A stretch of 64,000 nt of DNA, taken from positions 20,634 through 84,633 of the forward strand of contig JAFVOR010000102.1 of the NCBI GenBank assembly GCA_017505725.1, written 5' to 3'. The stretch is from Alistipes sp. (GTDB lineage Bacteria > Bacteroidota > Bacteroidia > Bacteroidales > Rikenellaceae). The notes under the pieces were generated by a model that made no database searches, was not told the DNA's origin, and was given only the letters and a program-made list of their open reading frames with translations. Positions 30,596-40,458 of the stretch are shown here, in pieces. The translations under genes were made by a program, and so were the position numbers. Each line of letters begins with the position of its first letter. The first letter of the stretch is position 1.

Positions 30596-31519
30596 ATGAA
30601 AGTTCTTATCGCAACCGAGAAGCCATTTGCACGCGAGGCGGTAGATGGCATCACCGAGATTTTGCAGGCAGCCGAGTATGAGGTTGTTCTGCTCGAGAAG
30701 TATACAGAGAAGGGCGAATTGCTCGCCGCAGTAGCCGATGTAGATGCACTCATCGTGCGCAGCGACAAAGTTACCAAAGAGGTCTTGGATGCTGCCAAGA
30801 ACCTCAAGATCGTGGTTCGTGCAGGTGCGGGCTTTGACAATATCGACTGCGAGGAGGCAAAGAGGCGTGGCATCGTGGTGATGAACACTCCGGGTCAGAA
30901 CTCGAATGCAGTGGCAGAATTGGCCCTCTGCTTTATGGTCTTTATGTCGCGCAACCAGCTTACCCCAGGCACAGGTCACGAACTTATAGGCAAGACACTT
31001 GCTATACACGCCTATGGCAATGTGGGCAAGTTGGTTGGTCGCAAGGGTAAGGCTCTCGGTATGAATGTTATAGCATACGATCCTTTCATCTCCGATGCCG
31101 CAGTATTCGAGGCTGATGGGGTAGAGAAGGTCGACTCTATCGAGGAGTTGTACCGTCGTGCCGACTTCCTCTCGTTGCACATCCCTGCAACGCCACAAAC
31201 CAAGGGCTCGATCGGCTACGACCTCGCGATGTCGATGCCGAAGGGTGCTACACTCGTAAATACCGCCCGCAAGGAGGTTATCGACGAGGCCGGCTTGGCA
31301 AAGGCTATGGAGGAGCGCACCGATTTGAAGTACATCTCGGATATCGCACCTGACACCGCAGCCGAGATGGCCGAGAAGTTTGGCAAGCGTTTCTTCGCAA
31401 CACCGAAGAAGATGGGTGCCGAGACTGCCGAGGCCAACATCAATGCAGGTTTGGCTGCAGCACGCCAGATTGTAGACTATTTCGTAAACGGAAATACCCG
31501 TTTCCAAGTAAACAAATAA
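30596..31519 (+). CDS. serA: D-3-phosphoglycerate dehydrogenase-like (D-2-hydroxyacid dehydrogenase)
   Basis: RAGAGFDNID, NTPGQNSNAVAE, NTAR; adjacent to serC. Confidence 0.88.
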   Translation: MKVLIATEKPFAREAVDGITEILQAAEYEVVLLEKYTEKGELLAAVADVDALIVRSDKVTKEVLDAAKNLKIVVRAGAGFDNIDCEEAKRRGIVVMNTPGQNSNAVAELALCFMVFMSRNQLTPGTGHELIGKTLAIHAYGNVGKLVGRKGKALGMNVIAYDPFISDAAVFEADGVEKVDSIEELYRRADFLSLHIPATPQTKGSIGYDLAMSMPKGATLVNTARKEVIDEAGLAKAMEERTDLKYISDIAPDTAAEMAEKFGKRFFATPKKMGAETAEANINAGLAAARQIVDYFVNGNTRFQVNK

Positions 31520-31549
31520 GAGGCTTCGGGCCATTAACATTTTGAAATT

Positions 31550-32785
31550 ATGGTAAAGATTAAACCATTCAAAGGCATTCGCCCTCCACAGGAGTTGGCA
31601 AAGGAGGTTGCATCACGCCCTTACGATGTGCTGAACTCGGCAGAGGCGAAGGCAGAGGCTACAGAGCGCTCTCTGCTCCACATCATCAAACCCGAAATAG
31701 ACTTTAACCCTATCGCTGACGAGCACTCGCAGGAGGTCTACGACAAGGCGGTGGAGAACTTCGCAAAGTGGCGCAAGGAGGGTTGGTTGAAGCAGGATGA
31801 GGAGGAGCACTACTACATCTATGCTCAAACGATGGATGGTCGCACGCAGTATGGTTTGGTGATGTGTTGCCACTTCGAGGATTACCTCTCGGGGGCAATC
31901 AAGAAGCACGAGCTCACACGCACCGACAAGGAGGAGGACCGTATGCACCACGTGCGTAACCAGAAGGCGAACATCGAGCCTGTATTCTTCGCATATCCCG
32001 ACCGCAAGGAGATTGACGATATCGTAAACAAGATCGTTGCAACAGAGCCTGAATATGACTTTGTGGCTGAAGATGGATTTGGTCACACTATGTGGGTAGT
32101 ACCTACCGAATACAATGAGCAGATTACCTCAATCTTTGCTTCAGTTCCGGCACTTTATGTGGCTGACGGACACCACCGTACCGCAGCAGCTGCTCGTGTA
32201 GGCGCAGAGTGCAAGGCAAACAACCCCAACCACACAGGCGAGGAGGAGTATTGCTACTTCCTGGCGGTTACTTTCCCGGAGTCACACCTTCGCATCATCG
32301 ACTACAACCGAGTGGTAAAGGACCTGAACGGCTTGACCGAGGAGGAGTTCCTTGCAGCATTGAAGGAGGATTTCGAGGTTGAGAAGGAGGGTAGTGCAAT
32401 CTACAAACCGCAGGCGTTGCACAACTTCTCGATGTATCTCGGAGGAGCGTGGTACAGCCTCACAGCCAAAGAGGGCCGCTACAACGATGCCGATCCGATT
32501 GGCGTACTCGATGTAACCATCCTATCGAACTTGGTGCTCGACAAGATTCTCGGCATCAAGGACTTGCGTACATCGAAGCGCATCGACTTCGTGGGTGGTA
32601 TCCGAGGTTTGGGCGAGTTGCAGCAGCGTGTTGATTCGGGGGAGATGAAGGTTGCCTTCGCTCTCTATCCCGTATCGATGCGCCAGCTTATCGACATTGC
32701 CGACACGGGCAACATTATGCCTCCAAAGACCACCTGGTTCGAACCGAAATTGCGCTCAGGCGTAGTTATTCACTCATTCGAATAG
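31550..32785 (+). CDS. DUF1015 family protein
   Basis: PYDV, IKKHELTR, YVADGHHR, MPPKTTWFEPK; usual serC-serA neighbour. Confidence 0.93.
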   Translation: MVKIKPFKGIRPPQELAKEVASRPYDVLNSAEAKAEATERSLLHIIKPEIDFNPIADEHSQEVYDKAVENFAKWRKEGWLKQDEEEHYYIYAQTMDGRTQYGLVMCCHFEDYLSGAIKKHELTRTDKEEDRMHHVRNQKANIEPVFFAYPDRKEIDDIVNKIVATEPEYDFVAEDGFGHTMWVVPTEYNEQITSIFASVPALYVADGHHRTAAAARVGAECKANNPNHTGEEEYCYFLAVTFPESHLRIIDYNRVVKDLNGLTEEEFLAALKEDFEVEKEGSAIYKPQALHNFSMYLGGAWYSLTAKEGRYNDADPIGVLDVTILSNLVLDKILGIKDLRTSKRIDFVGGIRGLGELQQRVDSGEMKVAFALYPVSMRQLIDIADTGNIMPPKTTWFEPKLRSGVVIHSFE

Positions 32786-32800
32786 ACCTAACACAAGATT

Positions 32801-34123
32801 ATGAAGAAGATATTACTAACCATCATTGCAGCGGCTATCTCGCTGTCACTCAGCGCACAGACTATTCAGCGCACCGAGTGGGGCTTCTCATCGAAGCGCA
32901 CCGCACACTTCGTTGAACACGGCTGCTATCACGCAACCATAGGCAAGGGCGAAATAGAGTTTGTCGGCAAGAAGGCAACACTTACCGTAGGCAACAAGAA
33001 AAAAACCTACCCTGCAGCCGAGGGTACACGCAAAGGCGACTATTGGTTGATGAGCGTACCCGTGCAGAACATCAAGGCGGGTACAGCGGTAGATTTGTGG
33101 TTCCCATTTATAGCAGAGCCAGCCGATAATAGCTATCCGTTTGCATTTGAGTATCTCGATGGCAAGCAGTGGAAACCCGTTATAGCCACCGCAGACAAGA
33201 AGGGCGTAAACTGCTACTCATCGCAGTCGGACAAGTGGCCTAACTTCTTGTGGCACACCATCCGTCTCGAGAACGACATCAAGAGTGGCAACCTGCTTAT
33301 CCGCTTGCGTCAGTGCGACAAGGGCGCAACCAAGAGCTCGCTCTACGGCAGTGGCTCAAGCACCGCTCCAAAGGTAATTATCCTTGGCGACAAGAAGCCA
33401 AAGGATGTTACACGCGTATTATTTATAGGTAACAGCTACACCTACTACAACAACTACCCAATGATGTTGAAGGAGATAGCTTGGCACGAGGGTCACGAGC
33501 TCGAGTGCGGCTACTACACTCACGGTGGCTACACTATGAAGCAGCACCTTGCCGACCACGTATCGCGTCAGGCGGTTGAGAGAGGTGGCTACGACTACGC
33601 ATTCTTGCAGGATCAGAGCCTTCACTCGCTCCGCATCGGCACATCAGTAGACAAGAATGTTGTAGGAGAGATGGGCAAGATGGTGGCAAAGATCAAGGAG
33701 CATAGCCCTAAGGCAAAGTGCATCATCGAGCTCACTTGGGGCCGCCGCGATGGCAACAACACCATTAAGGGCAAGAAGTTGGCCGACTTGGTGGAGGGTT
33801 ACCCTCACTTCTTCTCCGACTACGCTACCAATCAGAACATTATGACCAAGAACACAACAGCTATGGCGCAGAAGTTGGGCGTTGGACTTTCGCCTGTGGG
33901 TATTGCTTGGCAGATTGTTCGCCGCGAGCGACCAGAGATCGAACTCTATGTAAAGGACGGCTCGCACCCTTCGTATGCAGGCTCGTACCTCGCTGCAGCT
34001 GTGGGCTACCTCACACTCTTCAAGGAGCCATTCAAAGCGGACACTCCTGTTCGCCTCAAGCCAGAGGTTGCAAAGTACCTCCGCAGCGTAGCAGAGAGGG
34101 TAGTGCTAAAGGGTGAAAACTAA
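32801..34123 (+). CDS. Secreted SGNH-fold (DUF4886-like) protein with extra N-terminal domain
   Basis: LFIGNSYT, LQDQS, TWGR, DGSHP. Confidence 0.8.
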   Translation: MKKILLTIIAAAISLSLSAQTIQRTEWGFSSKRTAHFVEHGCYHATIGKGEIEFVGKKATLTVGNKKKTYPAAEGTRKGDYWLMSVPVQNIKAGTAVDLWFPFIAEPADNSYPFAFEYLDGKQWKPVIATADKKGVNCYSSQSDKWPNFLWHTIRLENDIKSGNLLIRLRQCDKGATKSSLYGSGSSTAPKVIILGDKKPKDVTRVLFIGNSYTYYNNYPMMLKEIAWHEGHELECGYYTHGGYTMKQHLADHVSRQAVERGGYDYAFLQDQSLHSLRIGTSVDKNVVGEMGKMVAKIKEHSPKAKCIIELTWGRRDGNNTIKGKKLADLVEGYPHFFSDYATNQNIMTKNTTAMAQKLGVGLSPVGIAWQIVRRERPEIELYVKDGSHPSYAGSYLAAAVGYLTLFKEPFKADTPVRLKPEVAKYLRSVAERVVLKGEN

Positions 34124-34199
34124 AAACGGATAACGGAAATCGGAAAACGGAAAACGGAAAACGGATAAAAAGTGCGAAAATTTCGCACTTTTTTTTTGT
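34122..34199 (+). terminator. AAAACGG heptamer run followed by terminator
   Basis: Six AAAACGG-like units, then AAAAGTGCGAAA-A-TTTCGCACTTTT and a T tract. Confidence 0.7.
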
Positions 34200-34208
34200 T
34201 CTTAACAC

Positions 34209-34669
34209 TCAAAATCGAAAATAGCGGTAATGATGCCAAAAGCGGCGCTTGAGTAAAAATATAAGTTGCTGTTTATTTGGAAATTACAGCGACATTTTAG
34301 AGATTAGCAGAAACCGTTTTCTACTAATCTCTATTTTTTATGGTAAAAAAGCGCAAAATTCACCCCTCCCCAAAAAACGCCATAACATCCTTATAACCAA
34401 CTCAAAATCGAAAATAGCTGAGGGAATTTTGTGCAAAGCAAGGTGGCGAAAGCGCAGCATAGTTAGCCTATGTGAGCATTTCGCTATCCGCAGATTTGTG
34501 CAAAATTTACCCAAAAAAGCCCTAACCTACTTGTAATCAACTCAAAATCGAAAATAGCTGAGGGAATTTCGTGCAAAGCAAGGTAGCGAAAGCGCAGCAT
34601 AGTTAGCCTATGTGAGCATTTCGTCATCCGCAGATTTGTGCAAAATTCACCAACTATTTTCGATTTTGA
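34209..34669. mobile_element. MITE-like element: one complete copy (34542-34669), one lacking its right end (34402-34511), one extra left end (34209)
   Basis: 19-bp TIR TCAAAATCGAAAATAGCTG / CAACTATTTTCGATTTTGA (18/19 match); ~114-bp direct repeat at 140-bp period. Confidence 0.7.
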
Positions 34670-34731
34670 CAAGAGTTGTCAAAATAAGCCCGTACCTTTG
34701 CATCGTGAAACAAACCAAAACTACTACAATT

Positions 34732-34938
34732 ATGGAGGCAACTATCAGATGTAAGCACTGTGGCGGAGAGTTCAAATATCCGACCGACACTGCATTTATG
34801 AAGCGGTTGTACAGCAAGGATGGGTGGTGTCACATCGAAACCGAAAACTCGATTCGCTGCCCACGCTGTATGAAGAGACTCAACAACTCAGCAGAGGAGT
34901 TTGAGGAGCAGATTGTGGCACAGCTATGCTGGGAATAG
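34732..34938 (+). CDS. Small zinc-ribbon protein (68 aa)
   Basis: CKHC...CPRC; preceded by TACCTTTG promoter at 34693. Confidence 0.7.
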   Translation: MEATIRCKHCGGEFKYPTDTAFMKRLYSKDGWCHIETENSIRCPRCMKRLNNSAEEFEEQIVAQLCWE

Positions 34939-35065
34939 CTATTAAATTTGCAAAAAAGAGAAGCAAACAGCACCAGAAATGAAAAATAATTATTAACTTT
35001 GGGGAGAGTTTACCTTAAAAAGGTAAGACCACAAAGCAGTAACAAATGATAAAAACTGATATACT

Positions 35066-36076
35066 ATGAGCGAAATGACAACACAAAACGCCGAGAAGAT
35101 GAAGGTCTTGAAGGCGGTAATGGCCAAGATCGAGAAGGATTTTGGCAAGGGTTCGATTATGCAGATGTCGAGCGAAAATATTGAGAATGTACCGGTTATC
35201 CCAACCGGATCGATCACTCTCGATGTGGCTCTCGGCGTGGGCGGTTACCCTAAGGGACGTGTGATAGAGATCTTTGGCCCTGAGTCGTCGGGTAAGACCA
35301 CATTGGCAATCCACGCAATTGCCGAGGCGCAGAAGGCTGGCGGTATCGCAGCATTCATCGACGCAGAGCACGCCTTCGACAGTTTCTATGCACAAAAGTT
35401 GGGCGTGGATGTAGAGAATCTCCTCGTATCACAGCCCGACAATGGCGAGCAGGCTCTCGAGATCGCCGACTCGCTGATTCGCTCGAGCGCAATCGACATC
35501 ATCGTTATCGACTCGGTGGCGGCACTCACACCAAAGGCTGAGATCGAGGGCGAGATGGGCGACTCGAAAATGGGTCTGCAGGCACGATTGATGTCGCAGG
35601 CATTGCGTAAGCTCACCGCAAGCATCGCTAAGACCAAGACCGTCTGCATCTTCATCAACCAGCTCCGCGACAAGATTGGCGTGGTTTATGGTAACCCTGA
35701 GACCACTACAGGTGGTAACGCGCTGAAGTTCTACGCAAGTGTACGTATCGACATCCGTCGCACCTCGGTGATCAAGGATGGCGACGAGCAGCTCGGCACC
35801 CGCACCCGTGTAAAGGTGGTGAAGAACAAGGTGGCACCTCCATTCAAGAAGGCCGAGTTCGACATTATGTTCGGCGAGGGTATCTCCAAGATTGGCGAGA
35901 TTCTCGACTTGGCGGTAGACTTCGAGATCATCAAGAAGTCGGGCTCGTGGTTCTCGTATGGCGAGAAGAAGATCGGCCAGGGACGCGACGCTGTGAAGGA
36001 GTTGCTAACCTCGAACAAGGAGCTCTGCGACGAGATCGAGGCTAAGCTCCGCGAGGCGATGATGACTGCGAAATAG
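35066..36076 (+). CDS. recA: Recombinase RecA
   Basis: [38 protein letters not shown]. Confidence 0.99.
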   Translation: MSEMTTQNAEKMKVLKAVMAKIEKDFGKGSIMQMSSENIENVPVIPTGSITLDVALGVGGYPKGRVIEIFGPESSGKTTLAIHAIAEAQKAGGIAAFIDAEHAFDSFYAQKLGVDVENLLVSQPDNGEQALEIADSLIRSSAIDIIVIDSVAALTPKAEIEGEMGDSKMGLQARLMSQALRKLTASIAKTKTVCIFINQLRDKIGVVYGNPETTTGGNALKFYASVRIDIRRTSVIKDGDEQLGTRTRVKVVKNKVAPPFKKAEFDIMFGEGISKIGEILDLAVDFEIIKKSGSWFSYGEKKIGQGRDAVKELLTSNKELCDEIEAKLREAMMTAK

Positions 36077-36194
36077 AGCAAAATAGGGCATAACACCCTG
36101 CAAATGAGAGCAGAGTACCTACTATGGGTAACCGTAGTCGGTACTGCTCTCAATATTGGTTTTTAGAGGATTTTAGTTATTAGGGCTGCAGGAT

Positions 36195-38402
36195 ATGAGT
36201 AATTATACAGCTGAAGACGAGAAATTGATTAACGAGGCTTGGGAAAAGCTGGTCGTTTCGTGCAAAAAAATATGCAAGGGCGAAGAGAGCTGGAATATGA
36301 TAAAGCGTGCCTACTTCCTTGCAAAAGAGGCACACTCGGGAGTGCGTCGTCGCTCGGGCGAGCCATATATGCTACACCCGATTGCCGTGGCACAGATTGC
36401 GGTCGACGAGATTGGACTCGGTGCTAAATCGGTCATCGCGGCCCTTCTGCACGATGTGGTGGAGGATACCGACTACACAGTCGAGGATATCGAGCACATC
36501 TTCGGACCAAAGATAGCCTCGATGGTTGACGGACTGACCAAGATGTCGGGCGTATTCAACGCCGAGACATCGGCCCAGGCGGAGTATTTCCGCAAGGTGC
36601 TGCTCACCCTCTCGGACGATGTGCGTGTGATTCTGATCAAGATTGCCGACCGCCTGCACAATATGCGCACACTGCAGTATATGCCTCTGAATAAGCAGAT
36701 TAAGATTACGGGCGAGACCATATACCTCTTTGCGCCATTGGCATACCGACTTGGACTATATCCGATAAAGAGTGAGCTCGAGGATCTCTGTATGAAGTAT
36801 CGTTTCCCAGAGGATTACGAGCGCATAAACGGATTATTGGCCAAGACCGCCGACAAACGACAAGAGTACATCGACAGATTCTGCCAACCGATTCGCGAAG
36901 CCCTCGACAGCAACGGTTTCGACTACGAAATATCGGGACGAGTGAAGAGCGTCTACTCGATATGGACAAAGATGCAGCGCAAGCAAATTCCGTTCGAGGA
37001 GGTCTACGATCTCTTTGCCATTCGCATCGTATTCAAGGCCAAGGCCGAGCAGAACGAAAAGGCACAATGTTGGCAGATATACTCCAATATAACAGATATT
37101 TACGCCCCTAAGCAGGATCGTCTGCGCGACTGGATATCGATGCCAAAGGCGAATGGCTACGAGGCGTTGCATTCGACCGTGATGGGTCCCGATGGCCATT
37201 GGGTGGAGGTACAGATTCGCACCGAGCGAATGGAGGATATTGCCGAGCGAGGTTTTGCGGCGCACTGGAAGTACAAGCGTGCAACACTATCGCAGAACGA
37301 CGACGCATTCGACACCTGGCTGAAGAAGATTCGCGACGCATTGAATAGCCCTACGGAGAGTGCAGTTGAGTTCCTCGACAACTTTAAGTTATCGCTCTAT
37401 ACCTCTGAAATTACGGTATTTACACCGAAGGGTGAGCAGCGGCAATTGCCAAACGGGGCAACCGCTCTCGACTTCGCATACGACATCCACACCAAGGTGG
37501 GAGACCACGCCATAGGCGCAAAAATCAACCACAAAATCGAGCCAGTCACCAAGACATTGAAGTGGGGCGACCAGATAGAGATTATCACCGCCGACACCGC
37601 CAAACCTAAGGCAGAGTGGCTCGATTCGGTAACAACAACCAAGGCCAAGCAGAAGATTACCGCCTTCCTCAAGCGCGAGCAAGAGAACAATATCGAGAAT
37701 GGAATCGCCATTTTCGAGGCGAAATTGGCTGAATTTAACATCGCATCGAGCGGTAACGTACTCCGCAAAGCGATGAAGGCATACGGTTGCAAGTACAAGG
37801 ATGAGTTCTACAGCCGCATTGGAGCCGGTATCATCTCGCTTGAGAACATCGAGAAGGTGCTCAAGTCGTCAGCAACAAGCAAACTGCTGAAATTCTGGCG
37901 TTTGCGACAAGAGGATGACGACGATACCGACGACATCTCCGAAAACGATAACGCACCTGCGGACGATAGTTTCACCATTGCTCCGTGCTGCAATCCGCTG
38001 CCGGGCGACAATGTCGTAGGCTTCCGCGATCCGATATCCAACAAAATTGTGGTGCACAAGGCCACTTGCGACGAGCTCAATCGCCTTGCATCGCAGTATG
38101 GCAAGAACATCATCAAGGACAAAATCAAGTGGTCGCAACACAAGGCCACAGCCTTCCTCTCGACCATAGAACTTCGTGGAATAGACCGAATGGGTATGCT
38201 TTCGGATATAACCCACATCGTTTCTGACGACTTCAGCGTCAATATGCGAGAGATACACCTGAGTAGCCACAATGGCATATTCGAGGGCAAGATAAGCCTC
38301 TACATACAGAGCGCGGACGCACTCTACGCTCTGATGGATAAGTTCCGTCAACTAAAGGGCTTAGAGAGCGTTAAACGCATTGAAAACAACGAAATAATGT
38401 AG
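36195..38402 (+). CDS. relA: Bifunctional (p)ppGpp synthetase/hydrolase (RSH)
   Basis: HD motif LHDVVED, synthetase GRVKS/EVQIRT, TGS, CC and ACT domains. Confidence 0.95.
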   Translation: MSNYTAEDEKLINEAWEKLVVSCKKICKGEESWNMIKRAYFLAKEAHSGVRRRSGEPYMLHPIAVAQIAVDEIGLGAKSVIAALLHDVVEDTDYTVEDIEHIFGPKIASMVDGLTKMSGVFNAETSAQAEYFRKVLLTLSDDVRVILIKIADRLHNMRTLQYMPLNKQIKITGETIYLFAPLAYRLGLYPIKSELEDLCMKYRFPEDYERINGLLAKTADKRQEYIDRFCQPIREALDSNGFDYEISGRVKSVYSIWTKMQRKQIPFEEVYDLFAIRIVFKAKAEQNEKAQCWQIYSNITDIYAPKQDRLRDWISMPKANGYEALHSTVMGPDGHWVEVQIRTERMEDIAERGFAAHWKYKRATLSQNDDAFDTWLKKIRDALNSPTESAVEFLDNFKLSLYTSEITVFTPKGEQRQLPNGATALDFAYDIHTKVGDHAIGAKINHKIEPVTKTLKWGDQIEIITADTAKPKAEWLDSVTTTKAKQKITAFLKREQENNIENGIAIFEAKLAEFNIASSGNVLRKAMKAYGCKYKDEFYSRIGAGIISLENIEKVLKSSATSKLLKFWRLRQEDDDDTDDISENDNAPADDSFTIAPCCNPLPGDNVVGFRDPISNKIVVHKATCDELNRLASQYGKNIIKDKIKWSQHKATAFLSTIELRGIDRMGMLSDITHIVSDDFSVNMREIHLSSHNGIFEGKISLYIQSADALYALMDKFRQLKGLESVKRIENNEIM

Positions 38403-38404
38403 CT

Positions 38405-38869
38405 ATGGAGGATATTTTTTCGAGCATAGTAGTGGCTATCATCGCCATAATCAGCATTATCATAAAGGCTGTAGGCAACAAACCGCAAAAGAGCCCTGAA
38501 CAAGAGCCTTTCGGTGGCGATATTTTCCGCCCTGAGCCACAGTCGATACCTCTGCCACAACAGCAAAAGGTGGAGCAGAGCAGCCATCCCGACTCGATGG
38601 AGACCATTTTCGATGAGATTACAGAGTCTCAATCCGCCCCTCAAAGCGTTAAGAGGCCACAAACAAAAGCCAAAGCCGAGCAAAAAAAATCCGCTAGGGT
38701 AGTGGCAGGTCAAAATTGCAAGAATGCGACAAATCGAACATTCAAGCGAGAGACCGAAGAAGGTAGTAGAGAGGCAGCAAGCAAGAAGAATGGAGCCCAC
38801 AAGTTCAATCTTCGAGAGGCTGTCATCTACAGCGAGATCCTTACACCAAAGTTCAAGAACGAGGAGTAG
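38405..38869 (+). CDS. Hypothetical membrane-anchored protein
   Basis: N-terminal TM; C-terminal LREAVIYSEILTPKF. Confidence 0.75.
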   Translation: MEDIFSSIVVAIIAIISIIIKAVGNKPQKSPEQEPFGGDIFRPEPQSIPLPQQQKVEQSSHPDSMETIFDEITESQSAPQSVKRPQTKAKAEQKKSARVVAGQNCKNATNRTFKRETEEGSREAASKKNGAHKFNLREAVIYSEILTPKFKNEE

Positions 38870-38917
38870 GGTGGCAACACATCGCATTTTTCGACTAAAC
38901 TATAAAAGAGCAAAATT

Positions 38918-39298
38918 ATGACCATTTTCTCACGAATCATAGCTGGGGAGATCCCTTGCTACAAAGTGGCAGAGAACGATCGTTTCTTCGCCTTTCTCGA
39001 CATCAATCCGCTCGCAAAGGGCCATACACTTGTTGTGCCAAAGCAGGAGGTTGACTATCTCTACGACCTTGACGACGATACGCTTCAGGGTATGATTCTC
39101 TTCGCCAAGCAGATTGCACAAAAAATCAAGGCATTTAGCGGCTGCAATAGGGTAGCAACGGTTGTATTGGGCCTCGAAGTGCCCCACGCACACATCCATT
39201 TGATCCCTATGAATAGCGAAAAAGATGTTGATTTCAGCCGCGAGAAGCTCGTTTTAACTCCAGAAGAGTTTGCAGAAATAGCAGAAGCACTACGCTAA
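38918..39298 (+). CDS. HIT family protein
   Basis: FLDINP, GHTLVVPK, HAHIHLIP. Confidence 0.95.
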   Translation: MTIFSRIIAGEIPCYKVAENDRFFAFLDINPLAKGHTLVVPKQEVDYLYDLDDDTLQGMILFAKQIAQKIKAFSGCNRVATVVLGLEVPHAHIHLIPMNSEKDVDFSREKLVLTPEEFAEIAEALR

Positions 39299-39331
39299 CA
39301 GGGGAGTGTTAACAACTCCGTAACTCTCTAT

Positions 39332-39366
39332 AATGCAGAAGGATATACATCATTCCTTCTGCATTT
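39332..39366 (+). terminator. Terminator after HIT
   Basis: AATGCAGAAGGA...TCCTTCTGCATT. Confidence 0.7.
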
Positions 39367-39377
39367 CTCATATACAT

Positions 39378-39405
39378 ATTTAACATAATATACGCAAATT
39401 CTCTT
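39378..39405 (-). other. Isolated XerD-arm sequence (dif half-site)
   Basis: ATTTAACATAA is the reverse complement of TTATGTTAAAT; centre CGTATA; XerC arm not recognisable. Confidence 0.45.
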
Positions 39406-39483
39406 GACTTAAAAATAGTGGGGTAGTTAGTCATACACAAAAAATCTATTCTTTCTGAATTTTCCCCTTTTGCAACCCTGTTA

Positions 39484-39955
39484 TTTACATTTGTAACATA
39501 TCAAAGCCGACTCAGTAGTCCAAATAGTTTACTCTTGTAATGTTTAAATTGTGTTAAAACCTTGATATCAATTTACATCTGTAACATCAAAACACCGTGT
39601 TCATAACAGTTATTTCGGGCAGAAATAACCCTGTTCAGTGGTTGATTTTTCAATAAATAGACCGCTAAATATCAGCTACTTGCGGATTTTATATAAAGTA
39701 CGAACAAACCCATATAGCACCCAGTAAAGCTATTTAGCGAATATTATAGCATATAACCATTCTAAAGCGGATTATTACTATCAATACCAATACTTTACGG
39801 ACTCTTATATAAAGTTGAATATAAAATATGGTACTAATCGCTATTTTACCGAATCTGAGATATTAACATTTGTAACACTTGTTAACAGTTATTAACATTT
39901 AACATTTGTAGAAATTTATTTGCAGATATTGTTAATTGTTGTTACCTTTGTAAAA
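39484..39955. promoter_or_regulatory. Array of TTACA-N2-TGTAA-type sites in an AT-rich region upstream of the HTH gene
   Basis: Copies at 39484, 39528, 39572 (44-bp period), 39863, 39899 and 39941; the last overlaps the -7 box TACCTTTG. Confidence 0.75.
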
Positions 39956-39965
39956 AATCAAGGAG

Positions 39966-40385
39966 ATGGACGAAAAATTGCGTATTTTGATGCAAAATGA
40001 GAATTTGACAGCGAGCAAGCTCTCTGAGATTCTCGAGGTGAAGCCGGCTGCAGTCTCTCATATTTTGAGCGGACGCAACAAGCCGAGCTTCGAATTGTTG
40101 TGTAAAATCGTTACTCGCTTTCCGCATATCAATCCATACTGGCTGCTCGGAGATGCCGAGGAGATGCTCAACCCGAATGCGACAAATTCGATTGCGCCAG
40201 GTCAGCCAACCACAAGCGGAACGCTCTTCGATCAACAGCCATCGTCGTCTGCGCAATGCGTCAATTCGAACATTCGCGAATCGTCAGCCGAGCAGCCAAG
40301 TTTGTCGCTCAATCGCACCGACATCGAGAAGATCATAATCGTCTATCGCGATCAGACTTTCGAGGAGATTCGACCAAAGAGGTAG
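39966..40385 (+). CDS. XRE/Cro-type helix-turn-helix protein
   Basis: LTASKLSEILEVKPAAVSHILSGRNKPS; C-terminal IEKIIIVYRDQTFEE. Confidence 0.9.
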   Translation: MDEKLRILMQNENLTASKLSEILEVKPAAVSHILSGRNKPSFELLCKIVTRFPHINPYWLLGDAEEMLNPNATNSIAPGQPTTSGTLFDQQPSSSAQCVNSNIRESSAEQPSLSLNRTDIEKIIIVYRDQTFEEIRPKR

Positions 40386-40424
40386 CTCGACACCAAGGTC
40401 GACCTCGGCTGTGATCTGAAGGAG

Positions 40425-40458
40425 AAATATAGGGTGGTCGCTACCCTATATTTTTTTT
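40425..40458 (+). terminator. Terminator after HTH gene
   Basis: AAATATAGGGTG...TACCCTATATTT followed by a T tract. Confidence 0.7.
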
